Part shown: piece after piece, positions 27,867-36,637 of the stretch
How positions within the stretch are numbered: the first letter of the stretch is position 1
Layout of the letters: each line of letters opens with the position of its first letter
Virus record (IMG/VR): IMGVR_UViG_3300029267_000809
Coordinates: 1-42,928 of that record
DNA from: a virus
Lineage: Duplodnaviria; Caudoviricetes
Direction: 5' to 3' (one strand)
Length of the DNA stretch: 42,928 nt
Made by a program: the position numbers and the translations under genes
The notes under the pieces: generated by a model
What the model saw: only the letters and a program-made list of their open reading frames with translations
What the model was told of the DNA's origin: nothing
Databases searched by the model: none

Positions 27867-27949
27867 TTCTTTTCCTTCCAGAAAAAGCGGTGGGGAATCA
27901 CAATGACTCTATTACAACCCTCAATATCGGGTAACCACCTGGGGGTTTC

Positions 27950-28726
27950 TTAGAATACCAACTCAGCCTTGTCCTGCTCAAGACCACAGTGAGAATCCAT
28001 CACACCATGCAAAGCCTGAGTCCGTGGAAGTGCAACCCTTGCATTACCCTTCAAGACCTCAGTGTAGGCATTGAAGAGGGACCAAGCATTACGATCCTCG
28101 AACTCTTTGTGCTGTGGCTCACGCCACTCTTGCACAACTGCCGGAACCTTGGTGACAGGCAAACAACCCGAATCCAGACTGCGGATAATCAGGTCATGTG
28201 CTTGCATGTCATTCATTCGAGTGTTCTTATAGGCATCAATCCGCTTGTCCTGCCAACCTCGATGATCCATCAATCGACCAATACCCCTTGCAATCACTTG
28301 GGGAAGATCACGATTGATAAAACGGGTATGACGACGGGACAAGTAAACCTCACCACTGAAAGCAAGGTTATCACAAACAAAGACACCTGAACCGAGAGCG
28401 ATGGCGGCAGGGAAGGTTTTGTCATGCGAATTCCGCATACCAACTACCAAACCGTAATCACCATCATCGGTAGAAGCACCATCCCCACCCTTGACCTGGA
28501 ACATACCGAAGTATCGATCATGGTTGTGGGAAGTACCGTGTGCTTGGGATACTACCTCGTAACCATTCTGCTCCAATGAACCCTGGATCTTATCGACCAG
28601 ACCACCATGAGGAATGGGGGTCCAGGTCTTGGTAGCTCTGGGAGTCTTGAGTTTATCAAGGACATCCCGATCCAACTTGCTACCACCACAATGCAACATA
28701 AGATTTAGTCGCTTCGCCATTTTCAT
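27950..28726 (-). CDS. DUF932/DUF945 family protein
   Basis: TWTPIPH, RYFG, GMRNSHDKT, VFVCDNLAF, RRHT, WSLFNAYTE motifs. Confidence 0.85.
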   Translation of the reverse strand: MKMAKRLNLMLHCGGSKLDRDVLDKLKTPRATKTWTPIPHGGLVDKIQGSLEQNGYEVVSQAHGTSHNHDRYFGMFQVKGGDGASTDDGDYGLVVGMRNSHDKTFPAAIALGSGVFVCDNLAFSGEVYLSRRHTRFINRDLPQVIARGIGRLMDHRGWQDKRIDAYKNTRMNDMQAHDLIIRSLDSGCLPVTKVPAVVQEWREPQHKEFEDRNAWSLFNAYTEVLKGNARVALPRTQALHGVMDSHCGLEQDKAELVF

Positions 28727-28732
28727 TCTCCC

Positions 28733-28912
28733 TTAGAAAAGTTCCCGGTACTTGCATACACCTGAATGAATCCAACAACCCAAAATCGTATCTTTGGTTT
28801 CTTGACTGTGTAAAGCAAAGATAAGATTAATGACCGCTTCTCCTGTTTCCCGACTCATCGGGTTGTCCTTACTTGCAGCTTGCAGAATTTCGATTGCTTG
28901 GCTGTTAGTCAT
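28733..28912 (-). CDS. 59 aa hypothetical protein (not in ORF track)
   Basis: MTNSQAIEILQAASKDNPMS...YRELF; GGGAG RBS; first gene after promoter 28957-28985. Confidence 0.6.
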   Translation of the reverse strand: MTNSQAIEILQAASKDNPMSRETGEAVINLIFALHSQETKDTILGCWIHSGVCKYRELF

Positions 28913-28956
28913 CGTTTTATCTCCCGTTTGTGTTTCCGATCACTTCCAACACCCAC

Positions 28957-28985
28957 ATAATATACTATCGGATTAAGAGGGTCAA
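28957..28985 (-). promoter_or_regulatory. sigma70-like promoter
   Basis: TTGACC-N17-TATTAT on minus strand with AT-rich UP-like tract upstream. Confidence 0.75.
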
Positions 28986-29115
28986 TAGCTTGAAGCAAAA
29001 AAATTCAAAATTATTCGTTGTATACAACCATCAATTCTGAAAGCACTACAAGGGAGGGGTGGTATGATTCCACAAAAAAGCACAGTAAGCCCACACAGGG
29101 GATCTACGGGGACAC

Positions 29116-29148
29116 AAAAAAACCCCCGGTCACCGAAGCAACCGGGGG
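29116..29148 (-). terminator. intrinsic terminator
   Basis: CCCCCGGT/ACCGGGGG stem followed by T7 on minus strand, downstream of ORF 29185-30570. Confidence 0.85.
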
Positions 29149-29184
29149 CTTGCGAGGTTCCTACCTACAAGGCAGGACAGTGGA

Positions 29185-30570
29185 TTACACTTCTACATAC
29201 TCTTCTTCGGTTTCTGCCTCTACCTCTTCCTCATCTTCCTCAACAACCTCATCTTCGGGCTCATCAGCACGGAGAGAGCTAATCGCCACCTCAAAGGTGT
29301 CGTCATCTTCCTTGGAGTAGACTTCGGCAGTCTCCATATCGATGAATGCGGCAATGGAACCAAACCAATGTCCACCCCAATCACCCGTTTCATCTTCAAC
29401 CCAACAGAGGTCTTCAAGGTTCCAACCACCGACAGAATCGATCACAGGGTCTTCAACAACCACATCGAGTCCACCGATCTTGGGATCTTCCTTGAAATAC
29501 TTTCGACCACTCTCTTTGTCCACACCTTCCTGAACCTTGATATCCTTCAAGGTAGCAGCATGACCATCAGCAAAGGCATTCCAGGCTTTCACGATAGCGT
29601 GTTGAATACGATCCCTCTCGAAAGCAGAACTTGCTTCCAATCGCATCAGCAGGTTTCGCAGGATCAGGACTGGATGATCCTTTTCCATCCCAGCACCCTC
29701 TGCCAACAGGGTCCAGAACTTGGTGGCTTTTGCCATCTTCTTGGTGCTGATTTCACCACTCTCACGGTCACTGTCACAAGTTGCCATCAGGTACATCAGA
29801 CCAGCAGCAACCGGAAGACTGAGTGAACCAATCTTAGTGATGTTCTTACCATCAACACCCTTGCCACCTTCCAACTCGAAGATCTTGACAACACAATCCT
29901 TCAAAGCAGGATGTTTCTCAAGGACATCCAATGCCTCTGAGTGGTACAGCTTGGGAGCATTCGATACTTTCTTGCCACCCATGCGAGTCCATACCAACTT
30001 GATAGCACCAGCAAGAGTATTGCTGATTCTCTTCGGATCGAAGTCACCCTCGAACTCATGGCGACGGAAGATCACATCACCCAAGGTACGCTTCTGACCC
30101 TTATCGAGTGAATCAGCAACCTCATCCTTGTCACTGATACCGAAGCACAACATGGCAGGAATCTTCACACCACCACGATGGTTGTACTTCGACCACTTCT
30201 CTTTGTTCAGTTCCAACTCTTGACTGGCAAGAACCAAACCAACCAGACGATGTTGGGCGGATTGAGCATCACCGAATCGGTCGAACACCATGTTCTCCCC
30301 ATTCAGATGCCACTTATTCCGCAACATTTCATTGGCATAATCCTTTGCCAAACCCATACGGAAAGGTCGATTGGTCTTGTTTCGAGTCAATCGCACCTTG
30401 TTACCGTGCAGATCTCGGAAGAGGAAATCCGTTCCCCACTTCTCAAACTTATCATCATCGGGTCCAACCGATTCCCAACCGAGCAATTCCTTTGCCCTCT
30501 CGACAGTCAGTGCAGACTGCCCACTAAGAATCTCAACAGTTACTTCGGGGTACAATACTTTTCGTGGCAT
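29185..30570 (-). CDS. ParB/Srx-related DGQHR-like domain protein with acidic tail
   Basis: NRP......Y..EM....W.LNGE..VF...G....AQHRL...DKG.KRT; GGAG RBS. Confidence 0.6.
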   Translation of the reverse strand: MPRKVLYPEVTVEILSGQSALTVERAKELLGWESVGPDDDKFEKWGTDFLFRDLHGNKVRLTRNKTNRPFRMGLAKDYANEMLRNKWHLNGENMVFDRFGDAQSAQHRLVGLVLASQELELNKEKWSKYNHRGGVKIPAMLCFGISDKDEVADSLDKGQKRTLGDVIFRRHEFEGDFDPKRISNTLAGAIKLVWTRMGGKKVSNAPKLYHSEALDVLEKHPALKDCVVKIFELEGGKGVDGKNITKIGSLSLPVAAGLMYLMATCDSDRESGEISTKKMAKATKFWTLLAEGAGMEKDHPVLILRNLLMRLEASSAFERDRIQHAIVKAWNAFADGHAATLKDIKVQEGVDKESGRKYFKEDPKIGGLDVVVEDPVIDSVGGWNLEDLCWVEDETGDWGGHWFGSIAAFIDMETAEVYSKEDDDTFEVAISSLRADEPEDEVVEEDEEEVEAETEEEYVEV

Positions 30571-30610
30571 AACACTTCTCCAAAAGAATCCCTCTCAAAA
30601 CTGAGGCCAC

Positions 30611-30787
30611 TCAAACATTGAGTAGACAAACCTCGCAAGGGCATTGCAGTTCGAGTACAGCAATACCGTTGGTGTCGAATACCAGGACACCATTTCCACG
30701 GACGTTATAGCTGCCACCGAAATCAGCGACGAACTCGGCAGCAACCGCCAAACCCTCTTCCAAGGATCGAACAGTTCGCACGTTCAT
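30611..30787 (-). CDS. 58 aa hypothetical protein (not in ORF track)
   Basis: MNVRTVRSLEEGLAVAAEF...CPCEVCLLNV; AAAGGG RBS; follows promoter 30827-30855. Confidence 0.55.
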   Translation of the reverse strand: MNVRTVRSLEEGLAVAAEFVADFGGSYNVRGNGVLVFDTNGIAVLELQCPCEVCLLNV

Positions 30788-30826
30788 CTTTACACCCTTT
30801 CACAAAACTAAAGGAAAACTTACTGG

Positions 30827-30855
30827 ATGCTACCGTTTACACCTTATATTGTCAA
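30827..30855 (-). promoter_or_regulatory. leftward sigma70-like promoter
   Basis: TTGACA-N17-TAGCAT on minus strand. Confidence 0.7.
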
Positions 30856-30921
30856 CAGTCTTTTCATCCAGAAATTACAAGATATCTCTGAAACCCTACA
30901 AAATAGGGGGAATTTAAGGGG

Positions 30922-30950
30922 TTGACACCAATTCTCAGTTACCCTAAACT
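30922..30950 (+). promoter_or_regulatory. rightward sigma70-like promoter
   Basis: TTGACA-N17-TAAACT. Confidence 0.75.
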
Positions 30951-31028
30951 TTAACGATGTTTCTTTCCGATAATCATTAACAATGCTTGCATGAAAGGAA
31001 AAGTCACCTAACCTATGGAGATAAACCG

Positions 31029-31271
31029 ATGGCAGAAAAGGTTCGCAACTTTGATCCCCCACAAAGAGCAGGAGCACCCGAAAAGTACCCTTGGGACGAA
31101 TGGTTAACCCCTAAATCCCAATGGCGAATCCAACAGGGAGAAGACTTTCACTGTGGTCCTAAATCAATGTGTAATCGAATCAGAGTCCAAGCAAAGAAAA
31201 GAAAACAAAAAGTCAGTGTTTACCATGAACCGGACAATGATCCCTATTCACTCGTTATTGTAAATCGTTGA
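31029..31271 (+). CDS. small basic putative DNA-binding protein (KYPW type)
   Basis: GGAG RBS, ATG 31029; KYPWDEW...GEDF......NRIR..AKKR. Confidence 0.65.
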   Translation: MAEKVRNFDPPQRAGAPEKYPWDEWLTPKSQWRIQQGEDFHCGPKSMCNRIRVQAKKRKQKVSVYHEPDNDPYSLVIVNR

Positions 31272-31310
31272 TACTAAAGACCTTTGATTCCTGGTGAAAT
31301 CAAAAGTCAA

Positions 31311-31322
31311 ACATAAACGCAA
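31311..31322 (+). promoter_or_regulatory. ACATAAACGCAA motif, copy 4
   Basis: Intergenic, right after an imperfect hairpin at about 31279-31308. Confidence 0.5.
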
Positions 31323-31369
31323 CGATTCCCAGATGGACTGATTCCCCTCTGAACATAAAGTAATTAACT

Positions 31370-32203
31370 ATGCAATTCTACAGTTACCCTACAGTCGCAA
31401 AAGAGAGTGGTATCAAACAAAAGGATTGGTGTGCCTGTTATGAAAGGCTTATACCCCAAACCTATCGCACCATCCATAACAGAAGAGATTTCATCGAGAC
31501 TCTTCGTTATCCTCTTGAAATGGATTGGTTGCAGCATGGGATGCAATACTACAAGTTGTTCCCCGCAATCATCCCCCACATGCTCTCACTCGATCTCAGC
31601 AAGGTCTACACCACTAACCTGCCTACAATCAAACCTGTTACCTTGCTAATGCCTGTAGGTAACAAACTTGGTATTGAATCAATCCTGGTTTCTACAACCA
31701 TGTACGAAGGTGAAAAGTACCTGATAGCTTGTATCGCCACCAATATGCGAATGGATGATGGAACAGTTCAGGTTATCTCTCTCCATCACAACGATCCCAC
31801 GAATCCAATCAGTTCATTGAAGGATGGGGACGAATTCGGTGCGGGAGAAGAGATAGGTAAACTTGTCATGGATGCAGCACACCTAGCTGTTTGCTCTATC
31901 CTTCTTTCCAGAGATTCAGCCGACAGCATCATCACACCTGATGTACTTACCAAGGATCTCACCAAGTATCGGGAAACCTTGGACCCCAAGTACATAGAGA
32001 AAGCTAAACGACGGGGAAAGAATGGATTCACTGTGGGTGCTGAATTCCAGGTAGTCCCACACACTCGTAAAGCCCACCTAGCACTCTACTGGACAGGACC
32101 AGGACGTAAAGTACCTGTCATCAAGTGGAGGGGTTTAGACAAGCCTATCATCGTTCACAGGAAAGTTGTAGAAACAGTACCAACGGAGAAAGAACATGCT
32201 TGA
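31370..32203 (+). CDS. hypothetical phage protein
   Basis: 277 aa; C-terminal PHTRKAHLALYWTGPGR resembles the common phage PHxRRxH motif. Confidence 0.7.
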   Translation: MQFYSYPTVAKESGIKQKDWCACYERLIPQTYRTIHNRRDFIETLRYPLEMDWLQHGMQYYKLFPAIIPHMLSLDLSKVYTTNLPTIKPVTLLMPVGNKLGIESILVSTTMYEGEKYLIACIATNMRMDDGTVQVISLHHNDPTNPISSLKDGDEFGAGEEIGKLVMDAAHLAVCSILLSRDSADSIITPDVLTKDLTKYRETLDPKYIEKAKRRGKNGFTVGAEFQVVPHTRKAHLALYWTGPGRKVPVIKWRGLDKPIIVHRKVVETVPTEKEHA

Positions 32204-32410
32204 TTCACTTTTTATTCAACGTGAATACCCTGTTAAGAAGTTAAGTATTATGCTCCGTATCAACAGTGTATGGCGACTCTTTAACCTGGATGATTCATCT
32301 GACAGAGGACGAGAAGGTTTATTTCTTTGAGCCTTTGGAAAAAGAAATATCCGTTGAGGATATGCAGAAGATTGTGGATGCAAACGAAAAGTTAGTTAAG
32401 GAGTTGAAAG

Positions 32411-33448
32411 ATGGGAATAAACGTACTGTCTTTATTTGACGGAATGAGTTGCGGACAGATTGCTCTCGATAAATTAGGGATTGAAGTAGATAACTACTTT
32501 GCTTCTGAAATTGACAAGTATGCAATGCAAGTAACTAAACACAATTACCCAAATACAAAGCATATAGGCGATGTAACACAAGTAAAAGGTTCAGACTTGC
32601 CAAAGATTGATTTATTGATAGGTGGAAGCCCTTGCCAAGGATTCAGCTTTGCAGGGAAGCAATTAAATTTTGACGACCCAAGAAGCAAACTGTTCTTTGA
32701 ATTTGTTAGATTGTTAGAAGAAACAAAGCCTAAATACTTCTTGCTTGAAAACGTAAAAATGAAAAAGGACTACCAAGATATTATAACCGAATATTTAGGT
32801 GTAGAGCCGATAGTTATCAATTCAAATTTAGTTTCGGCACAAAATAGAACGAGATATTATTGGACTAACATAACAAATATTGAGCAACCGAAAGACAAAG
32901 GTTTGTTACTAAAAGATATTACCGAAGAAGGATTGCAAAGTTTAGGGCTGGCACAAAGAGGAAGGTATGATAAAAAAGGTAAGGTGGTGCAGAAATACGA
33001 ATTAAACGGAACGGAAAAAAGCAATGCTATAACAACAGTTTCAAAAGATACTTTGCTATTTATACCCGTTGACAAACACTCTTCAAACTCTGGATTAGTT
33101 TGCTTGGGTGGTGTAATGAAACCAACACATAAACTTTGGCTCGATAATGGGAAACTGTTGCAACGCAATTTTTCACAAGGGAATAGGGTTTATTCAAGCG
33201 AAGGTAAATCTGCAACATTAAACGCTAATAGCGGTGGTATTGGTGGGAAAACAGGGTTATACGAGATTGAGGGTGTTATTAGAAAACTAACAAGGTTAGA
33301 ATGTGAAAGATTGCAAACTGTACCTGATGGATACACTTCTGTTGTAAGTGATACACAAGCAATAAAAATGCTTGGAAATGGATGGACAGTAGATGTAGTA
33401 GATGTTATTGCACACATTTTCAAAGGCTTGCTTAATGAAAATCTATAA
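32411..33448 (+). CDS. DNA (cytosine-5) methyltransferase
   Basis: Motif I LSLFDGMSCG, IV GGSPCQGFS, VI LLENV, VIII QNRTR, X LGNGW. Confidence 0.95.
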   Translation: MGINVLSLFDGMSCGQIALDKLGIEVDNYFASEIDKYAMQVTKHNYPNTKHIGDVTQVKGSDLPKIDLLIGGSPCQGFSFAGKQLNFDDPRSKLFFEFVRLLEETKPKYFLLENVKMKKDYQDIITEYLGVEPIVINSNLVSAQNRTRYYWTNITNIEQPKDKGLLLKDITEEGLQSLGLAQRGRYDKKGKVVQKYELNGTEKSNAITTVSKDTLLFIPVDKHSSNSGLVCLGGVMKPTHKLWLDNGKLLQRNFSQGNRVYSSEGKSATLNANSGGIGGKTGLYEIEGVIRKLTRLECERLQTVPDGYTSVVSDTQAIKMLGNGWTVDVVDVIAHIFKGLLNENL

Positions 33449-34052
33449 AATCACAGAAGCAAGCGATTATCTTGGGGTGTCAATAAACACTCTCAAGACA
33501 CTTGCGAACAACGAAAAGATAAACTCTTTCAAAACTTCTGGTGGCCATAGGCGTTTCAGACAAGACGATTTAGACGCTTATATGGGAGTCAAGAAAGAGA
33601 AACAAGAAAAACTAACGGTTATCTATGCGAGATGTTCAACAGCCAAGCAAAAAGAAAACCTTGAACGTCAGAAAGATAGGTTAAGAAAACACGCTGAAAA
33701 CAAAGGCTACAAGTTTATTTTGATTGATGAAATAGCCAGTGGAATAAATGAGAAGCGAAAAGGATTACATAAACTTATCAAACTATGTTTTGAAGGCAGG
33801 GTTGAAAGAATACTGATTGAATACAAAGATAGGCTTGCAAGATTTGGTTACGAATATCTTGACGCTATTTTCAAGAATCTTGAAATCATAGTTGAGGTTG
33901 TTGAGAAGAAAGATAAGAAATATGAAGAAGAATTAGCAGAGGATATTATGAAAATTTTGACTTGTTATTCTGCCAGATTTTACGGTGCGAGAGGTGGCAG
34001 AAAGAAGAAAAATCAGACTGAAAATGAGACAGGCGAATCTAATGGAATTTAA
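33435..34052 (+). mobile_element. tnpA: IS607-family transposase TnpA (MerR-type HTH + serine recombinase), no tnpB
   Basis: HTH ...TSGGHRRF; YARCST..QK.NL.RQ; DEIASG; YKDRLARFG; ELAED......YSARFYG. Confidence 0.9.
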
Positions 34053-34067
34053 AAAGGAGGTAAAATA

Positions 34068-34589
34068 ATGACCAAACAAGATACAAAACAAGAAGAACGA
34101 CCGCACAACAAAACACCAAATCCCCATCGGATTACCGCATCAGATATGGCTACTTCTATGTATGCAGCTAAAGATGATAATAAAACATCTCGTGAAGAAA
34201 ATAGGGTTGTGGCTTATACTATTGTGGGGCAAGAGGATGAGCGGGTTGACCGGCATGGAGATTATAATGAAGATGGTTATCCACGACTGTTTGACCTGCG
34301 CAAAGAAGTAGATGGCCCTGTCACACCAGCCTCCGAGCGAAGTAATGCCTATGCGAAACAGTTGGTGTCTGCTAATGGGCAGCTTCGATATTATATTAAA
34401 ACCGGGGCTCACGGCAAGTTCTACGACCCACTAGGTTTGTACTCCGAAGGAAGACATCAAAAGAAGGCTTTGGGTATTAATGAGTGGTCCTACAAAGAAG
34501 TCAACCGTAAGGCATTCTATATGTATTTAGACTTCCTTACCACAAAGAATAAGAAGCATTTGGTTCAAGCGGAAAGAGAGGCGGTATAA
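34068..34589 (+). CDS. hypothetical phage protein
   Basis: AGGAGG RBS; 173 aa; coupled to next gene. Confidence 0.7.
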   Translation: MTKQDTKQEERPHNKTPNPHRITASDMATSMYAAKDDNKTSREENRVVAYTIVGQEDERVDRHGDYNEDGYPRLFDLRKEVDGPVTPASERSNAYAKQLVSANGQLRYYIKTGAHGKFYDPLGLYSEGRHQKKALGINEWSYKEVNRKAFYMYLDFLTTKNKKHLVQAEREAV

Positions 34590-35143
34590 TGTCACTATCA
34601 GTAGTAGAAAAGGCGGCGATAGAAACTTTCGTTAAACAGGGTATGAGCCATAATGAAATAGCCATTACTCTCAAGGTTTCAGACGACGAGGTAAAAGAGT
34701 ATGTGGAAAACGAGCTAGAACTTACACCTGAGACAGAGACCGAAGAAGACGAGGGACCAAAAGCCTTGGGGGTTGAGAAAATTCGTAAGGAAATTGACCC
34801 TGCTATTTGGGAAGAAACTCTCAACATGCTTATTCGTGGGGGCGTTAATGATAAGGATAAAGCAGAGCACTTAATGAATAAGGCGTGCAACCAATTGCTG
34901 ATTGTGCCCGAAGATGCTCAGACCTTTTATGGTGTGGCTCTTAGACAGAGGCACGATTCTCGCATTGCTATCAATCACAAGGCTGCTGGTGGTCGAGAGG
35001 GTGTGACCGTATATACTAAAACAGCATCCGAGATGGCAGATGAACATTTAAAGACGGTTCCAAAGCAAATATCTCGTACCGCTCGTGGTAATATTTATGA
35101 TATTAGGAAGGGCGAGATTCTAACTACCAAGAAAGACCAATGA
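34589..35143 (+). CDS. hypothetical protein, possible N-terminal HTH
   Basis: GMSHNEIAITLKVS; coupled (TAATG). Confidence 0.65.
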   Translation: MSLSVVEKAAIETFVKQGMSHNEIAITLKVSDDEVKEYVENELELTPETETEEDEGPKALGVEKIRKEIDPAIWEETLNMLIRGGVNDKDKAEHLMNKACNQLLIVPEDAQTFYGVALRQRHDSRIAINHKAAGGREGVTVYTKTASEMADEHLKTVPKQISRTARGNIYDIRKGEILTTKKDQ

Positions 35144-35613
35144 GCAAAAAGTATACTGAGAAAAGCCGTTTTCAATCTGCATACTCGCCAGGAAAGTATG
35201 TAACAGATGCCCAATATGTAGTAGAGAAAATATGCGAAAAGAATGCGAAAAGTCAAGGGAGAGACTTACCACAACAATTTTGGCAATTGCCAGAGTGGGA
35301 AAAGTTTTTCAGACAGCAAATACCAACGGCAAACAAGCTGTTGCAAAAATATCACGTAAATTCCATTCTGGCCGCATTAAAAGATAAGAGAATGTGGAAA
35401 TGCTATAGCTTACGTTCACCTTTCTTAGCTAAGGTTATCGAGGAAAAGCAGGCTGAACTTGTGACTAAAGCAGAAAAGAATAAGACAGAAGAAAAACAGG
35501 AAGGCGCTACGCATAATATATATACAAAGCCAAAACAAGCACGTGGCAAAAAGAATATTATCAGCGCACTGAAAGACTTAGATGGAGATTTAGATAGCGA
35601 AGAAGAAAGCTAG
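35140..35613 (+). CDS. hypothetical phage protein
   Basis: 157 aa, ATGA overlap. Confidence 0.7.
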   Translation: MSKKYTEKSRFQSAYSPGKYVTDAQYVVEKICEKNAKSQGRDLPQQFWQLPEWEKFFRQQIPTANKLLQKYHVNSILAALKDKRMWKCYSLRSPFLAKVIEEKQAELVTKAEKNKTEEKQEGATHNIYTKPKQARGKKNIISALKDLDGDLDSEEES

Positions 35614-36637
35614 TAAGAAAGAAATTACAGATATTGATGACCATTTGACTAAAAAGTTTGGAGACGATGTTTTTATTAGTGGTAATGCCCTTGTGGATGA
35701 GCCACGAATTGTTATTCCGGTAAGTCCTGTTTTGAACTATATGTTGGGGGGAGGCATACCAGAGGGCTCATTTGTGCTAACAACCGGCCCTGCTAAAGTT
35801 GGTAAGACAACATTGTGTTTAGATTTTGCTGCAACCGCACAGAAGGAGGAATATGCTAGTGAATACTGTCCAGATGGTAGGCATGTATATTTCTTTAACA
35901 TCGAAGGACGATTGTCAGACAGAGATTTGCGTGGAATTAAACATCTTAACCTGGAAAAAGACCGCTTTACAGTTATACGGTCTCGTCCCGGATATATTCT
36001 TAATGCCGAAGACTACCTCGATATTGCAGAATCTCTAATCAACACGAAGACGGGGGCGATTTTCATCTTTGATTCTTTCTCTCAGTTGTGTAGTTCTTCT
36101 CGTAAGGAAAGTGAATATGGTCAGGGCTACAGGGATAATGTGCCCATCATGCTTGCAGACTTTACTAAGAAGGTGTGTAATGTCTTGCCGGTTAACCGCT
36201 CTATAGTCATGGGTATCACCCACATTATTGCCAATACAAGTGGCATGGGTTATTCTCAAACCTCAGAAGCCTCCGGTAGAAAAATCCAATATCAGGCCGA
36301 CGTTAAGCTGCGGGCCACATATAAAGAATTATTCCCGAAAGATGCCGACAATCCGATTGGTCAAAAAGTACACTGGGAATGTTCTACGTCAGCAATAGGC
36401 CCCCCAGGACGCAAGGGTACATCCTTTTTAAGATATGGGCTAGGTATAGATAAGGTTTTTGAAATAGCCGAGCTTAGCAAAGACCTAGGACTTATTAAAC
36501 AGGGTGGAGCATGGTTTACCCTACCGGATGATACAAAGGTCCAGGGTTTTGAAAACTGTGTAGAAAAGTTACGAGAAAAGCCAGAACTAGTTGAACAGCT
36601 TAATAAAGACTTTCAGGAAATGATAATGGCAGGATAA
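35594..36637 (+). CDS. RecA/UvsX-like recombinase (start ATA 35594 or TTG 35645)
   Basis: LGGGIPEG, Walker A GPAKVGKTT, FNIEGR, Walker B IFDS, GLIKQGGAWF. Confidence 0.9.
   Translation: MAKKKASKKEITDIDDHLTKKFGDDVFISGNALVDEPRIVIPVSPVLNYMLGGGIPEGSFVLTTGPAKVGKTTLCLDFAATAQKEEYASEYCPDGRHVYFFNIEGRLSDRDLRGIKHLNLEKDRFTVIRSRPGYILNAEDYLDIAESLINTKTGAIFIFDSFSQLCSSSRKESEYGQGYRDNVPIMLADFTKKVCNVLPVNRSIVMGITHIIANTSGMGYSQTSEASGRKIQYQADVKLRATYKELFPKDADNPIGQKVHWECSTSAIGPPGRKGTSFLRYGLGIDKVFEIAELSKDLGLIKQGGAWFTLPDDTKVQGFENCVEKLREKPELVEQLNKDFQEMIMAG

Noticed and set aside
27885-27945. GGTGG/CCACC stem as a possible tRNA-like element
   Set aside because: No D or T arm consensus, and only a 5 bp stem.
32411-33448. 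Methyltransferase as the cause of GATC avoidance or part of an R-M system
   Set aside because: Target specificity cannot be read from the sequence by eye, and no adjacent cognate restriction endonuclease is evident.
35582-35596. TAG recoding (ATG GAG ATT TAG read-through into RecA)
   Set aside because: TAG ends several neighbouring genes cleanly (35613, 37032, 37522) and long genes are not broken by TAG.
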